Positions 16,364 through 25,146 of a stretch of 41,222 bases of DNA are shown here, piece after piece (within the stretch, counting starts at the first letter, position 1; every line of letters begins with the position of its first letter). The notes under the pieces are model-generated. The model saw only the letters and a program-made list of their open reading frames with translations, did no database searches and was not told the origin of the DNA. The stretch is from a bacterium. GTDB taxonomy: Bacteria > CLD3 > SB21. The position numbers and the translations under genes are program-made. Location of the stretch: NCBI GenBank assembly GCA_016788215.1, contig JAEUSJ010000009.1:1-41222 (forward strand), in the 5' to 3' direction.

Positions 16364-17068
16364 TTAAGCTAAGCCAACCGCTTTCTTTAAAGCTTGAACC
16401 TCGGGCGGGCGTAAATTTCGCCATTGTCCGTATTTAAGTTTGGCAAGATGAAGCGGGCCGTATTGTGTACGGTGCAGTTCGCGGACTTTGAAGCCAAGTT
16501 TCCGAAACATCCGTTTGACCTGCTTATTTTTCCCTTCATGAATCGTAATCTGAACAACTTCTTTTCCAAGTTTAATCGCTTTGCAAGGCGCCGTTTTTCC
16601 GTCAATTAGAACGACCCCTTTTCGTAAATAACTGAGTTCCTGTTCCGTGATCTTCTTGTTGAGCACAGCTACATACGTTTTTTCCACGCCAAATTTCGGA
16701 TGAGAAAGTCGAAACGTCAGTTCGCCGTCATTGGTCATCAAAAGTAATCCTGTTGTATCATAATCAAGGCGACCTACAGGAAATACACGATCGGATATGC
16801 GAACAAGGTCAATGACAGAATCTCTTCCTTTTTCGTCTTTGACTGTTGTGACATAATTCAGCGGTTTGTATAGGAGAATGTAAACATCTTTTGTCTTCAC
16901 ATGAACGGGCCTTCCGTCCACTTCTACTTTATCCAACTCGACATCTACAAACGTAGACAAATCGCTTACCGTATTGCCATTTACCGTAACACGGCCTTCT
17001 TTAATGACCTCATCGCAACTGCGCCGGCTGGCGACGCCGGCAGTTGCCAGATATTTATTTAATCTCAT
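16364..17068 (-). CDS. rluB: pseudouridine synthase, RsuA/RluB family
   Basis: 234 aa. S4 domain MRLNKYLATAGVASRR...GRVTVNG. Catalytic VGRLDYDTTGLLLMTNDGEL. Confidence 0.88.
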   Translation of the reverse strand: MRLNKYLATAGVASRRSCDEVIKEGRVTVNGNTVSDLSTFVDVELDKVEVDGRPVHVKTKDVYILLYKPLNYVTTVKDEKGRDSVIDLVRISDRVFPVGRLDYDTTGLLLMTNDGELTFRLSHPKFGVEKTYVAVLNKKITEQELSYLRKGVVLIDGKTAPCKAIKLGKEVVQITIHEGKNKQVKRMFRKLGFKVRELHRTQYGPLHLAKLKYGQWRNLRPPEVQALKKAVGLA

Positions 17069-17092
17069 AGTGTAACGCGTAAATTTTTTATT

Positions 17093-17926
17093 CTAAAATT
17101 GATCTGCGGCAATCTTATTTTTTTCTGAGGATTCAGGCTCCTTGCTTCCCGTTTTTGTGATTAAGGTTCCCAGATCCGGCTTGGCGGACAAGGCTTTTTT
17201 AAATGAATCCTGCCAGCGGAAACCAAATTCTGCAATCTCGCCGGGCTCCTTGATCGATTTGATATGAATAATGCATTCCGTCAGAATTTCCTTCTGTGAA
17301 GAAATATCAAAAGGCGCGCCGAACACTTGCCCGAATGGAAACCGAACTAATACGGTTCGCGGCGGTTTTACATTCTTCAATACCGTTCGTAAGGAACCGA
17401 TGACGATGGTGCTTATTTCCGCTTCTTCGATTTCACGCGCTAAAAGGCCTGCCGTTTGATGACTAAGAGGCCCGACTGCCGATATGATGACCACGTCGAC
17501 CAGAAATTTTTGCAGCGTTTTAATAATTCTGGGAACCGAATCGTCGAGAAATCCCTTCGGATCTTTTATTTCACCCATCACGCTGAAGTGAATTTCTGAT
17601 ACGGAACTTATTCTTTTTTCTTTTTCCATTTCCAATAATCGGTCCAGGGGAAATATACAATTATAATCAAGTCCGGCGCTATTCTTTAACTCAATTACTT
17701 TGTGAGAAACACGAATATCCTGCTGGGTTACGTCCTTCTTAATTTCACGGTACGATGCATCGCCGTTATCGTCGCCCAAATTATAGTGTTTCGTCAGCTT
17801 CCAATTGTATAAACCGGCCGTCGTGATCAGAGCTACTTTGGCTTCGCTCAGATTCTTCGACAAATGTTTCCATGGTGCGTCATTGTTGACGATCCATGTG
17901 TAATCTCTTAAAAATCTAGTGTCCAT
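17093..17926 (-). CDS. glycine/sarcosine/betaine reductase selenoprotein B (GrdB)-family-like protein, no Sec codon
   Basis: 277 aa. The N-terminal W...PW..L.K.L.E.KVALITTAGLY pattern and a ...VDVVIISAVGPLSHQTAGLLAREIEEA... segment resemble the GRDB family. Assignment is from memory of family motifs. Confidence 0.5.
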   Translation of the reverse strand: MDTRFLRDYTWIVNNDAPWKHLSKNLSEAKVALITTAGLYNWKLTKHYNLGDDNGDASYREIKKDVTQQDIRVSHKVIELKNSAGLDYNCIFPLDRLLEMEKEKRISSVSEIHFSVMGEIKDPKGFLDDSVPRIIKTLQKFLVDVVIISAVGPLSHQTAGLLAREIEEAEISTIVIGSLRTVLKNVKPPRTVLVRFPFGQVFGAPFDISSQKEILTECIIHIKSIKEPGEIAEFGFRWQDSFKKALSAKPDLGTLITKTGSKEPESSEKNKIAADQF

Positions 17927-18021
17927 AATTGCCCCGCTTAGTATCTTGCAGTTTAGTGATTAGTGGGATCCGAATATTGTTCAGGATCAAATTTGTTTTC
18001 TTTTAACAAAGTATCTATTTC

Positions 18022-18696
18022 TTAATACTCTTCTTTGAGTGAATCATCCTTTGAATTCATATCGCCTTGATTGCTATCATCATTCGTTAGCTGCTTTTCA
18101 GTGAAATCGAGTTCGAGAGTTTCTGCAAATTCCTTATCTTCTTTAAGGATGTCTTCAATTTCTTTTAATTTAGGAAGTTCTGCTATTTCAAACAAACCGA
18201 AATGTTCTAAAAAAGCCTTCGTTGTTCCAAAAAGCAGCGGTCTTCCTGGCGCATCTTCGCGACCAACTACGGTAAGAAGATTTTTTTCCATTAACGAACG
18301 TAAAGTCCAGTCGGCGTTGACGCCGCGAATTTTTTCAATTTCTGCGCGTGTGATCGGCTGACGGTAGGCCACGATGGCAAGTACTTCCAGCGAAGATTGT
18401 GACAGTTTTTTTTCCGCCTTCGCCTTAAACAGACGGCTCACCCATTTGTCATACTGCGGATGGGTTGCATATTGATATCCTCCCGCTAATTTGACGATGC
18501 GGAGCGTGTGATTGACGTTTTGATAATGTTTGTTCAGTTGGTCGATCGACTCTTCGACGGATTTGGAGCCTATTTCTTCTTTTTGAATACACTCGACAAT
18601 GCGCTCGATCGGCAATGGCTCGGTTGATGCAAAGATGATCGCCTCAATGATGTTTTGTAAATCAATCCCATCAACAGTAATTTGTTCTGAACTCAA
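18022..18696 (-). CDS. scpB: segregation and condensation protein B
   Basis: 224 aa. IEAIIFASTEPL, ITRAEIEKIRGV, GREDAPGRPLLFGTTKAFLEHFGL. Confidence 0.92.
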   Translation of the reverse strand: MSSEQITVDGIDLQNIIEAIIFASTEPLPIERIVECIQKEEIGSKSVEESIDQLNKHYQNVNHTLRIVKLAGGYQYATHPQYDKWVSRLFKAKAEKKLSQSSLEVLAIVAYRQPITRAEIEKIRGVNADWTLRSLMEKNLLTVVGREDAPGRPLLFGTTKAFLEHFGLFEIAELPKLKEIEDILKEDKEFAETLELDFTEKQLTNDDSNQGDMNSKDDSLKEEY

Positions 18697-18721
18697 CGTT
18701 TTTAGTGCCTCCGTATTAGAA

Positions 18722-20383
18722 CTATTTGGAAAATATTTTTCGTACTATCGACACGATCTTATGAAAAAAACTCTTCCATCGCGTCACTTTCTTTTCAGAC
18801 TCTTTTTCTTTTTCAACCACTGCCGATTCTTCAGCAGACGAAACCTTGCCGGCGGTAGATTCCGTAAGCTCAGGTACAACCGTTTCATCTCGTACTGCTC
18901 GATTCTCAATTTCAGAAATTTCGGTTTCAAATCTATTTTGGTCCTGAGTAGAAGAGTCGGCAATTTCTGATTTTCTAATATCGCTTTCTTCTGTTTCTAT
19001 ATTTTTTTCGGGTATTGTTTTTTGGTTTAACTGCACGTCTGTGTCCGTTTGTTCTTTAACCTGTTCGTCATAATATTCAGTTTCAACCACTTGATCGTCT
19101 GCATTACCGCTTTCATCTTCAGGCAGTGTTTCATTAACATTTTCTATGTTGGGTTCTTCTTTCTCAAGATCACTTGCCATCTGATGATATATTTCGTCGC
19201 GATTCAGCTCGGCTAGACTTTCTTTTACTTCAAAAGCTGCATTAGTCGTGGTTTCATCTTCCGAAGAGTTCTGGTCAAAATCCTGTCCCTTTTCATTCGG
19301 CATGTCGGTAACACGTAGCCGTTCATCATTTATTTTTTCAGTTTCTTCCGCTGCCGACTTGGTTAATCCGGTGTCCATTAATGCTGCTTTGTATTCAGTC
19401 TCCGACTGCTCGTGATCATCCTTCAGCTCTACAGCCTTAATGTCGTTCTTTACAAACTCAACTTTTATCTCTGCCGGCGTAGTCAACGTCTCTGGCGAAA
19501 CATCATCCTGGTTCACATCAGCACCTGTTGATGCCGCTTCGTTGGTGAATTCAGTTTCATCTGTGTCATGCAAAATATTTTGACTGTTACTCGATTCCGT
19601 CAATTCGTGCAGGTCCGTTTCAACGCGTTCTGCTTCCGGAATCATATCCTCTTTGAATTCCGATGCTTTGTATATCCAGATATCATCAAAAATAGAAGCC
19701 TGTTTAATGGCGATATCGGCCCTCTTCACAAGATCAAGTAAAGCGAGAAACGTGACAACAATCTCGACCTTAGCCATATCATCGCAAAGTTCCGTGAATA
19801 AATAACAATTACGTTCCCTGAAAAAATCTATGATGTACTTTTGCTGATCTTCAACCGTTACATTGAGCCTCTCAATGCTGTGAAAAACAGTTATCGGCTT
19901 CTTTTCAAGCGCCTTCTTATAAGCAGCCAATAAATCAAAAAAAGATATGTCTTTTAACCCAATGACTTCTTCCTCGTTTTGAGGCAAAAGGTCAAAATTG
20001 AAATAACTACGTCTATAGACCTGGCGCCAGTATTCGTCCAATTCCGACAGTGATTTAGAGGCTTCCTTAAATTGACGATACTCGATCAGGCGGCGGGATA
20101 ACTCTTCCCTTGGATCCATCATATCTTCCTCGTCCTCTGCCACAGGATCCTTAGGTAGCATCGTCCGAACTTTAATCCGCATTAACGTCGCCGCCATGAG
20201 AATAAATTCCGAAGCAATATCAAGGTTCAAGTCCTGCATTAATTGTAGGTACTCGAGATACGATTTAGTGATGCGCGCCAGAGGAATATCATAGATATTC
20301 AACTCGTCTTTGCGAACAAAAAAAAGTAGAAGATCCAGCGGACCTTCGAAATTTTGTAGTTTTATTTTATATAAAGTACTCAT
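18722..20383 (-). CDS. scpA: segregation and condensation protein A (kleisin) with long acidic C-terminal extension
   Basis: 553 aa. The first ~240 aa are canonical ScpA (LQNFEGPLDLLLFFVRKDELNIYDIPLARIT ... VTFLALLDLVKRADIAIKQ). The rest is a D/E/T/S-rich low-complexity tail ending in RWKSFFHKIVSIVRKIFSK. Confidence 0.9.
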   Translation of the reverse strand: MSTLYKIKLQNFEGPLDLLLFFVRKDELNIYDIPLARITKSYLEYLQLMQDLNLDIASEFILMAATLMRIKVRTMLPKDPVAEDEEDMMDPREELSRRLIEYRQFKEASKSLSELDEYWRQVYRRSYFNFDLLPQNEEEVIGLKDISFFDLLAAYKKALEKKPITVFHSIERLNVTVEDQQKYIIDFFRERNCYLFTELCDDMAKVEIVVTFLALLDLVKRADIAIKQASIFDDIWIYKASEFKEDMIPEAERVETDLHELTESSNSQNILHDTDETEFTNEAASTGADVNQDDVSPETLTTPAEIKVEFVKNDIKAVELKDDHEQSETEYKAALMDTGLTKSAAEETEKINDERLRVTDMPNEKGQDFDQNSSEDETTTNAAFEVKESLAELNRDEIYHQMASDLEKEEPNIENVNETLPEDESGNADDQVVETEYYDEQVKEQTDTDVQLNQKTIPEKNIETEESDIRKSEIADSSTQDQNRFETEISEIENRAVRDETVVPELTESTAGKVSSAEESAVVEKEKESEKKVTRWKSFFHKIVSIVRKIFSK

Positions 20384-20384
20384 A

Positions 20385-21050
20385 CTAATTTCTTCTGCGT
20401 CGATTCATTTCGTCCAGACGATCCGAGATGTCGCACATAAAATTAATTTTCTCTTCATAACGCAGCATGTGTTTATCGCCAATGATCGTCTCAGGCGCTT
20501 CATAGTAGAACCGGTCGCCTTTCAATTCTACCCCAAATGCAGTGTAACGCGCAGCAAAATCCATGAATTTTGCAAGGAGCATTGGCGATAACATGGTGCG
20601 AACTTTTTCTTCGTTATTAGATTTTACTATAAATTCCTTATCAAATGCTTCGTCGCCTGTTAAAATATCCTGCATGCCAAATTTGGTTAACAACGTTGTA
20701 AAGAACCCCTGTTCATAAATATTAAACTGAAAACCATCCGGATTGTCGACATGAAGCGTGAAGGCCGTATACGTCTTCGATCTCCGGTTCTTGCCTGATC
20801 CCGACGAGCGGCTGAACATATATACCCTCAACGACCGTTTTCGATATACGCCGGTGAGCGAAGGAAAACCGCCAAAAAATCCTGTCGGAATAGATGCCGG
20901 ACACCCAAGCCTTTCTGCAAAAACTGCAAAACTTTTACGCAGTTTTCTTCTTTGCCGGACAGCAAGATATAAAACTAGAACAGGAATGCAACTAAATAAT
21001 ACAAAAATGCCGGCAAAAATCAGCGATTCATTTTCTAATAGTCCATCCAA
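20385..21050 (-). CDS. hypothetical single-pass membrane protein
   Basis: 221 aa. N-terminal TM LIFAGIFVLFSCIPVLVLYLAV followed by RQRRKLRK. No motif I recognise. Start and stop each lie 1 nt from the neighbouring genes. Confidence 0.6.
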   Translation of the reverse strand: MDGLLENESLIFAGIFVLFSCIPVLVLYLAVRQRRKLRKSFAVFAERLGCPASIPTGFFGGFPSLTGVYRKRSLRVYMFSRSSGSGKNRRSKTYTAFTLHVDNPDGFQFNIYEQGFFTTLLTKFGMQDILTGDEAFDKEFIVKSNNEEKVRTMLSPMLLAKFMDFAARYTAFGVELKGDRFYYEAPETIIGDKHMLRYEEKINFMCDISDRLDEMNRRRRN

Positions 21051-21051
21051 C

Positions 21052-22071
21052 TCATCGTTCCATTAAGTTCATTGATCGGCGAACCTGTTTGAGCGTATCG
21101 GACGCTATCGCTCGGGCTTTATCGGAACCATCCTTTATTATCTTTTCAACCCCATCAAGGTTGTCAACCAATTCTTTACGCTTCTGCCTGAACGGCTCTA
21201 ACTTTACTGAGATTTTTTCAGCCAGGTTTTTTTTACATGCAACGCAGCCCAGTTCACCTGATCTGCAGTTTTTTTCAATTTCATCAACTTCACTATTATT
21301 AAACACCGTGTGATACGTAAAAACGGAACAAATTTCCGGACGGCCAGGATCGTTTTTGCGAACCTTATTCGGATCGGTAATCATTTTCCTAACTTGAGCA
21401 TGGACGGTAGCGTCGTCATCCGAAAGATAAATACAATTGTTCAGGCTCTTGCTCATCTTCATATTACCGTCTACCCCCGGCAAGCGCGGCGTGACTGTAA
21501 GTTTATGCTGCGGCTCCGGAAACTGAAACCCGGATTTGGAGAACAAAAAATTAAATCGCCTCGCGATCTCCCGGCATAGCTCGATGTGAGGAATCTGATC
21601 CTCGCCGACGGGAACCGTATCGGCGCGGTAAACCAATATGTCCGCCGTTTGAAGCACAGGATATCCTAAATGCCCAAAATCAATTTTGGCCATCTCTTCG
21701 TCATTTGCATTCTCGATCAACCCCATTTCTCTTGCTTGTTGTTTCACTGCGGGGTTTCTGATTAACCACGGCGTCGGCGTAATCATCGAAAAAAGCAAAT
21801 GAAGTTCGGCATGTTCTTTTACCAACGACTGAAGCATGATGATACTCTTATTGGGATCAATTCCCACCGAGATCCAGTCTATCGCAGTTTCTAGAATATA
21901 TTCTTTTAGCCTTGAAGTATCTTTGTAACCGGTCGTCAACGCGTGCCAGTCAACAATGCCATAGATGGTTTCATATTCGCTTTGAAATCTAGTCCAGTTT
22001 TCCAAAGCCCCTACCAGGTGTCCTAAATGCAGTTTTCCCGTCGGACGCATCCCGCTGAATATTCTTGGCAA
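21052..22071 (-). CDS. trpS: tryptophan--tRNA ligase
   Basis: 339 aa. GMRPTGKLHLGHLVG (HIGH-type) and KMSKS. Confidence 0.94.
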   Translation of the reverse strand: MPRIFSGMRPTGKLHLGHLVGALENWTRFQSEYETIYGIVDWHALTTGYKDTSRLKEYILETAIDWISVGIDPNKSIIMLQSLVKEHAELHLLFSMITPTPWLIRNPAVKQQAREMGLIENANDEEMAKIDFGHLGYPVLQTADILVYRADTVPVGEDQIPHIELCREIARRFNFLFSKSGFQFPEPQHKLTVTPRLPGVDGNMKMSKSLNNCIYLSDDDATVHAQVRKMITDPNKVRKNDPGRPEICSVFTYHTVFNNSEVDEIEKNCRSGELGCVACKKNLAEKISVKLEPFRQKRKELVDNLDGVEKIIKDGSDKARAIASDTLKQVRRSMNLMER

Positions 22072-22130
22072 ATGTTTTCGCTCCTTCTTTAAAAAAAACC
22101 TTATTCAAATTAATAAAATTCGATACTCGA

Positions 22131-22640
22131 TCACTTCATAAATAAATACTGCTTCCAGCGTTCATCCCGGACGCCCACATGTTTTTGTATGAAGCTCAAA
22201 TGATGAGGTTTACGCGGATTGGTCATCAAGCGCATCTGTGCTTCCTCCGGAGTCATGTCGCCTTTTCGATTATTACAGTGAATGCAAGCCGTTATCATGT
22301 TTTCCCAAGTGTCTTTTCCGCCGCGAACTTTCGGCATAATATGATCCACCGTCATCGAGTGCGTCTTGCTTCCGCAATATTGACATTCAAAACCGTCCCG
22401 CTTTAAAATGTTTTTTCTGGACAGCATAATTCCTTTATTTTTTTTATATATATAGGAATATATTCTGACAATGCTTGGAAATGGATAGGATGAACGGACG
22501 GAACGTACCGCTTTACCCTCTATCACTTCAATAATCTCTGCCTTGCCCAAAAAGATCAATACAATGGCTTTTTTTACGTGACAAATGGTCATCGGCTCAT
22601 AGTTCTGATTCAGAACGAGCACGTGGCCGCTTAGGGACAT
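22131..22640 (-). CDS. stand-alone HNH endonuclease
   Basis: 169 aa. CQYCG...TVDHIMPKVRGGKDTWENMITACIHCNNRKG (HNH with two CxxC pairs). N-terminal VLVLNQNYEP domain. Confidence 0.85.
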   Translation of the reverse strand: MSLSGHVLVLNQNYEPMTICHVKKAIVLIFLGKAEIIEVIEGKAVRSVRSSYPFPSIVRIYSYIYKKNKGIMLSRKNILKRDGFECQYCGSKTHSMTVDHIMPKVRGGKDTWENMITACIHCNNRKGDMTPEEAQMRLMTNPRKPHHLSFIQKHVGVRDERWKQYLFMK

Positions 22641-22699
22641 AAAAAATTCACACCCACTTTCAATGGTTTACACATTAAGTAGAGTTTTTACTAATGTTT

Positions 22700-22728
22700 A
22701 AGATACAGTAAAAAGAATCGTATGTCAA
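22700..22728 (-). promoter_or_regulatory. putative sigma70-type promoter for the HNH-trpS-scpAB string
   Basis: Minus strand reads TTGACA (22728-22723), 17 nt, TATCTT (22705-22700), about 55 nt upstream of the HNH start. Confidence 0.4.
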
Positions 22729-22794
22729 GAAAATGTTTTTTGTAACTCCCACGAAATGCTGATTTTATGCCTGTCTACGATAGATAGTCAGACA

Positions 22795-23142
22795 CTATTT
22801 CCTGGACGTATATTTAATGATCTCCACGCGCTCTAATGTCATCAACACACCACAGTTTGATTCATTAATCATATTTTCAAAAACCGGGAGCGCTTCTTTA
22901 ATCCTTTCGTCGGAATCGACGATCTCGATCAGCATGGGCAAATCTTCAGATAACCGCAGGATTTTTGCAGTGTGAATTCTGGAGTTTGCTCCAAAACCTT
23001 CTATACCCCTTAAAACGGTCGAACCGGCCATACCCATTTCCTTAGCCTTTTCAACAATGGCCTCAAAAAGCGGTTTTGAATGGAATTTATCCGATTCCCC
23101 GACAAATATTCTCAGCAATTTTCCTTCGCCATCGACCTTCAT
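22795..23142 (-). CDS. DUF190 (PII-like) protein commonly paired with CrcB
   Basis: 115 aa. KLLRIFVGESDKFHSKPLFEAIVEKAKEMGMAGSTVLRGIEGFG. Confidence 0.8.
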   Translation of the reverse strand: MKVDGEGKLLRIFVGESDKFHSKPLFEAIVEKAKEMGMAGSTVLRGIEGFGANSRIHTAKILRLSEDLPMLIEIVDSDERIKEALPVFENMINESNCGVLMTLERVEIIKYTSRK

Positions 23143-23155
23143 AGTATACTCCCTC

Positions 23156-23527
23156 TCATATAATACGCGCTGTTATAAAACCCAACCAAACCGCCGTAAG
23201 GCCTATCAAGACGCTGCTGATAATATTATACGAAGCGCGCATGAATTCTCCGTCTCGCCATAACGAGAACGTTTCATAACCGAATGTGGAAAAAGTTGTA
23301 AATCCGCCCAGAATCCCGACCGTAATAAATATTCTGATCTGCGGGTCAACAAAATATCGATTTTCAGTTAACTCCATGAAAAATCCGATCAAAAAGCAGC
23401 CAATAATATTCACCGCCAATGTGCCGTATGGAAAACCTGTTCCTGCAAACTGATAGACAATGCCCTGCAGAGCATACCGACTAATCGCGCCGATTGCGCC
23501 GCCGATTCCAATAAGAATATATTTCAT
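23156..23527 (-). CDS. crcB: fluoride ion channel CrcB/Fluc
   Basis: 123 aa, 4 TM. GGAIGAISRY and GGFTTFSTF motifs. Confidence 0.9.
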   Translation of the reverse strand: MKYILIGIGGAIGAISRYALQGIVYQFAGTGFPYGTLAVNIIGCFLIGFFMELTENRYFVDPQIRIFITVGILGGFTTFSTFGYETFSLWRDGEFMRASYNIISSVLIGLTAVWLGFITARII

Positions 23528-23540
23528 AGCTGCATGGCCC

Positions 23541-24410
23541 TTACAGTAATAACCATACGTCCGCTGCTGTAAATAAAAAGTAGATCATACTGATGATTCC
23601 ATTCATATTAAAAAAAGCCATATTGATTTTTGAAAGATTGTGTTCGCGAATTATGGCTTGTTCGTAAACCAGTATAATTCCAACAATCACAACTCCAGTG
23701 AAATATAGCCAAGATAACGCAAGCCAGAACCCAAGAATAATTAGAACAAAAAAAGCCATGGCATGCAAAAGCCGGGAAATTCGAAGCGCATTAACAAGGC
23801 CAAATGTTTTTGGAATCGAGAACAGATTCTCCTTCTTATCGAATTCATAATCCTGACAGGCGTAGATAACATCGAATCCCGCAACCCAGAATACAACGCC
23901 GCATCCTAAGAGAAATGCCTGCCAACTCCATGCCCCGGTAACGGCAATCCATGCGCCTAAAGGCGCCACGCCTAATGCGGCGCCCAAAAACATATGTGCA
24001 AAGGAAGTAAACCGTTTTGTATAAGAATAAAAGAAAATGACCGCCAGCGCAAGCGGTGATAATCTGAAACACAGATCGTTGAGACAATACGATGCTCCTA
24101 CAAGTAAAAGCGACGACGCCAGAACAAACAGAATGGCCTGTGCTTTTGAAACAGCCCCGATTGGTATCTCGCGGTTAGCTGTTCGCGGGTTTCTTGAATC
24201 AATGCGGGCATCCACAATCCGATTGAACCCCATAGCGGCGCTGCGTGCGCCCACCATGGCAACAATGATCCAGAATATTTTTTCAATTGATAGGTGAAAA
24301 TATCGTGACGCGAGCACTGCCGAGGTCAATGCAAACGGCATGGCAAAAATTGTGTGCGAAAACTTAATCATGCGGCCAAAACGCAGGATCGCCGAAATAA
24401 CAGATTTCAT
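23541..24410 (-). CDS. UbiA-family aromatic prenyltransferase (4-hydroxybenzoate polyprenyltransferase-like)
   Basis: 289 aa, polytopic. First Asp-rich motif GFNRIVDARIDSRNPRT; second region DVIYACQDYEFD. Confidence 0.85.
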   Translation of the reverse strand: MKSVISAILRFGRMIKFSHTIFAMPFALTSAVLASRYFHLSIEKIFWIIVAMVGARSAAMGFNRIVDARIDSRNPRTANREIPIGAVSKAQAILFVLASSLLLVGASYCLNDLCFRLSPLALAVIFFYSYTKRFTSFAHMFLGAALGVAPLGAWIAVTGAWSWQAFLLGCGVVFWVAGFDVIYACQDYEFDKKENLFSIPKTFGLVNALRISRLLHAMAFFVLIILGFWLALSWLYFTGVVIVGIILVYEQAIIREHNLSKINMAFFNMNGIISMIYFLFTAADVWLLL

Positions 24411-24425
24411 ATTATGCAGATGGGG

Positions 24426-25007
24426 CTAGTTGGGTGCGGTAAATTCGTCACGAATAAAGGCATTTAGGTTCTCAAATTTCATTTTTGGATACCCGTGTTC
24501 CCGCGCTGCATCAAAATAACGGCGCGCTGTGATTTCATCGTTTCGCAACGCATAGATCACCGAGAGATTAAAAAAAGCAACCGGATATTTTGAGTCGGTT
24601 TGAAGTGCCCGATTAAGAAATTGCTCAGCTTGCTCGAGGTTCTTTTTATATATATTGCATTTCCCTAAATACGCCAATGCAACGGCTTCCACTTTGAATG
24701 AATATAACCCGTAGGAGAAGAACATCAGCCACTTGATCCACGGTGATTCTTCGACGTCTTTGAGAAACAGTTCGAATCGTTGAATGGCTTTGTCGTAATT
24801 TTTCTTTTCCAGGTTTTTGCGGCCTTTGAAAAAATCACGCCAGTAATATTGCACTAATCTTCCCGGAATCAAGAAAACAAGCGCAATGATCAAAAGTTGG
24901 TATAGTTCCCAGTGAAAATTCGTTATGAGATATGCAAAAGCAATGAGGACAAGCAACAACACTACAAAATATAGAACCCGGTTGCGCGCGACACGATGTT
25001 TAAACAT
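24426..25007 (-). CDS. membrane-anchored TPR-repeat protein
   Basis: 193 aa. Two N-terminal TM helices, then TPR-like helices (YDKAIQRFE..., LEQAEQFLNRALQTDSKYPVAFFNLSVIY...). Confidence 0.6.
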   Translation of the reverse strand: MFKHRVARNRVLYFVVLLLVLIAFAYLITNFHWELYQLLIIALVFLIPGRLVQYYWRDFFKGRKNLEKKNYDKAIQRFELFLKDVEESPWIKWLMFFSYGLYSFKVEAVALAYLGKCNIYKKNLEQAEQFLNRALQTDSKYPVAFFNLSVIYALRNDEITARRYFDAAREHGYPKMKFENLNAFIRDEFTAPN

Positions 25008-25085
25008 AAAACCCTCTCCATTTTTACATTGTCATATACTAATATTTTCGACTCTTTTCAAGAATTTTTGTTGTTAAACAAACTC

Positions 25086-25114
25086 TTGCATTGAAAAATG
25101 CAGTACCATACATT
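25086..25114 (+). promoter_or_regulatory. putative sigma70-type promoter for xth
   Basis: TTGCAT (25086-25091), 17 nt, TACATT (25109-25114). It overlaps a small palindrome TGCATT-GAAA-AATGCA. Confidence 0.3.
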
Positions 25115-25146
25115 ATCCGGTTAATATTCACAATACCTGATTGGCT

